A DNA stretch of 62,930 nucleotides, counting the filler. It is 11 parts of 11 records of this genome, joined end to end, with 100 filler letters (N's around TTAATTAATTAA, not from the genome) between each part and the next. Parts side by side here need not be neighbours in the genome. Positions count along the whole stretch, not along the records: positions 59,640 to 62,930 come from SRR15195285_444; 10 more parts are not named here. One strand, 5' to 3'. This document shows, in pieces, positions 60,201-62,930 of the stretch. Made by a program: the position numbers and the translations under genes. The first letter of the stretch is position 1. Each line of letters opens with the position of its first letter. Under the pieces are notes generated by a model. That model saw only the letters and a program-made list of their open reading frames with translations. It was not told where the DNA came from and searched no databases.

Positions 60201-61469
60201 GCTCATTGCCATACAGAACAAGCATGCGCATCTTTTGCCAACCGTCACAAAAGCGTCGCAACCTTTTGCGGGGAACTATAGCTGTAGCACCGTGAGTGAC
60301 GATAGACTCAAAAATTGCACAAATTGAGAATGACAGTGTCTCAAATACGACGTCGAGGCGCTGTGTGTGCACATTCCTTGAACGGATACTTAAACTTAAA
60401 CTACATTACTAGTATCGACAGTTAGCGATGGCGGCTAGCTCTCAACTTGCCACCTTCATAGACGCGCGACTTCGCATCCCATAGGCGGGGGCAGCTTGCC
60501 GAGCGAAAGAGCACTTTGCTGGTCGTAGATTGTCTCGGGATAAGGCTTCGGCCCTTGATACACTAAATGCCTGCAAATCTGTTGGCCATGCTCCGACAAG
60601 GTTGCGTAGACCTCGGGTGACATCGCCTGCTCGATATCCCCACGAAAGTTACGCGCGCACCACGGAGCTGCACAATAGCGCCACCGCCATCAAAACAACA
60701 CGCCGTGTCGATGACGTCAGCAAGGCTCAAGCAATCCACTGTCATAAAGGCTGCAGGCATTGGTTGCACGACTGGGGTGTACATTCCAGCTACACCTGAA
60801 AAGTTGCGTGGAAGCGCAGCTCACCGAGAAATCCAGCCGAAGGAATGGCTCGAGCGTGGTCTGAGACGTTCGGACACCCTCCGTGCTGCCAAGAGAGTGC
60901 GTCGAAGCAAGGAAGTCAAGATGGCAACGACGCGATGCACCATTGGGCAGCATTGCGAAAAGTGCCCACAGAAACCATTGACTCACCCATGCACGCGGAT
61001 CACGAAGCAGTACCGCGCCAGCCGGCGTGACACACGTTGAATACTTCATCCTGCCCAAAGCAACATTGGACACAGCCACATGACCTCAGACACACTGTAT
61101 ATCTTCAGCAGCACTGCGACAATTTTGCGACAGTACCGTCGGTACGATTGTCACGCTGCACTGCAGTCACTGGTGCTACGTCGTCATATCGCTGCTGACG
61201 GTCGGATTGACAGTATGTTGCTTACCAGGCCGGTTCTTCATCTATACTTGGTATGGGCGCCTTGCTGTTCTGGGTCCCAGGAATCTGAGAGTCGCACACA
61301 CAACATCGAGAGCAGTGCTTTTGTAAGCAGCTGCGACGTCTCTCGCCGTAGATTCAGTTGCAAGCAGAACTGCGCACCTGCCGAGTGGCGCCGTTCAGGA
61401 CGCTACCACCGACGGGCGAATTCGGTACGAGTTCCATAGGATAGTTCGCAACCTAGCCGCGGCGTCAAT

Positions 61470-62597
61470 TCAAACTTGAGCACATTGTCGCAAAGAAATG
61501 ACTGTGGACGACAAACGGTACAGCTGTTGCCGTGCTGTCACTGGTGACAACACTGCGTTGCGGGCTTCACTTACGACATAGGATGGTGGAAGATCACGAT
61601 AGTCGAGCCGCCCCGACGGGTCATGGAATCCGTTTTCTACGGCAGCGTATAGAAACACGCCAACTCAACAGTCAGCACAGTTCACACCACACCAACTCCA
61701 CGGCGCAGTTGTGGCAATGCAGCGCACTGTATTCATATTTTTCGCCGGGTTCGTTCGGTTCTGACAGTGAAAGACGATCTTCGTACTCGGGGTCGTCCCT
61801 GTTGGCGTGCAACCTGGTGCGTTAGCCTCATGTGGCTGCTGTGGAACCTTGGACACCGCCTCAATCAACCAGCAGCACAAGCAGCATACCTTTCTTGCTT
61901 CTTGACTTTGAACGCACCAGCCACTGTCATCGCAGGCAGATGACTTGCATATCAAAACAAAACAAAGCAGGTAACTCCCACAACCTGCAATTGCAAAATT
62001 GGCTGGGCACTTACTGTCGGAGTGCAGCGGCTGGTATGCAACGCAGCCGGGAAGGCAGAAGTCACCACCAAATCCATTGCAGATGTAGTCGCCCGAGCCG
62101 TAGATTTCGGTGAGGACTTCAGTCAGCACAGGCGGGTCGCAGAAGTAGGCAAACTCCGGCATTGCGCCCATGTTTGCAATGACAGCACCTTCGCCCGTAA
62201 TTGAGTAGCGATGGGAGCTGTGGACGTACGACGGGTGGCCGTTCCCTCCCGCCGTCGGGTCTGTGGCCAGAATCCTGCGGACCACCTTGATGCATCCTGC
62301 GCGGCACATTTCCAGCCGCTCTGGATCCAGGACGTCCAGCACACACACGTACCCGTCCCGCAAGAACAGTTTCGCTGCCCTTTTAGCGAAGCCAGGCTGC
62401 TTGGGGTCGACCAGCTCCAGCCCCTGCATACCGCCGTTCTGCTGCAGCTTTGCTCGCAGCTCCTGCACTGCCGGATCGTCTGGCTTGTGCCATCTCCGAC
62501 CCGCCGGATCGTCCTCCGCACCAAGCCAGCGCAGCGTCTCGATCTCCGGGCCGGGACCGAACTCATCCGTGGCGTCCGAAGTAATCATGGCCGCCAT
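61470..62597 (-). CDS. Phytanoyl-CoA dioxygenase (PhyH) family protein, multi-exon
   Basis: AAKLFLRDGYVCVLDVL, HRYS, PVLTEVL, GGDFCLPGCVAYQPLHSD. The 3' exon structure and end are uncertain. Confidence 0.7.
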
Positions 62598-62930
62598 CGC
62601 CACGCCCGGGGCGCCCGCGCCGCTAGCGGCGGCGGCGCGCCCGCCATGCACCGCGCGCCGCGGCGGCGGCGCACTACATGCATTCTGTATTCTGGATGAC
62701 TTCAACTCACATGTCATTCGTGCGTGAACTGCACTTTTTAAAAAAAAGTGCTTGAGGATTTAAAAAAAAAACATGGACGAAAACGGTTGCTATTTCAACT
62801 CCCCTGCAACTGCAGCCAGGAGCTTTTGGGGGGTTCTTCTGGACGGCCTAAACTCTGCCCCTACATGTAGCGGCGACGTTTAGAAGAAATCTGGGCCGAG
62901 AAATAGGTCTATTAGCTTCTATATGGCTCG

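Noticed and set aside
60300-61440. Several 70-120 aa ORFs
   Set aside because: No recognisable motifs and no consistent frame.
62731-62751. Inverted repeat GCACTTTTT..AAAAAGTGC as a terminator or transposon end
   Set aside because: Short and mostly homopolymer, no partner end is visible, and intrinsic terminators do not apply here.

Overview
This is not one locus. It is 11 separate contigs of a GC-rich (roughly 55-60% by eye) eukaryote with introns, probably a heterotrophic protist from a MAG or SAG. They are joined by identical artificial 100-nt linkers (N44-TTAATTAATTAA-N44), so gene order across linkers means nothing. Contigs: 1-5180, 5281-9922, 10023-13247, 13348-18705, 18806-23602, 23703-30748, 30849-40108, 40209-44141, 44242-48428, 48529-59539, 59640-62930. 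Genes use the standard code and short GT-AG introns, which I spliced by eye where possible. Housekeeping genes: DDX41/abstrakt, a kinesin, UBL-Rtf2, a TTL-family ligase, a prolyl 4-hydroxylase and a PhyH dioxygenase. Carbohydrate-active genes: two GH27, GH3, GH32, a GH33 sialidase fusion, a GH43-like propeller and a twin polysaccharide-lyase protein. The most unusual items are (i) a Rab-GAP (TBC) fused to a myotubularin with an intact active-site motif, plus PDZ-like, PH and GOLD domains; (ii) a small Cys module that recurs in surface proteins on separate contigs and is nested inside itself around a lyase domain; (iii) a >1500-aa Gly-rich fibre-like protein; (iv) a type II membrane receptor with four atypical EPN C-type lectin domains; (v) an ankyrin + MAPR/cytochrome b5 protein ending in the peroxisomal signal AKL; (vi) possible relics of a Polinton-type DNA polymerase and a TET/JBP-like dioxygenase. 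All domain calls come from motif recognition by eye; no searches were run.
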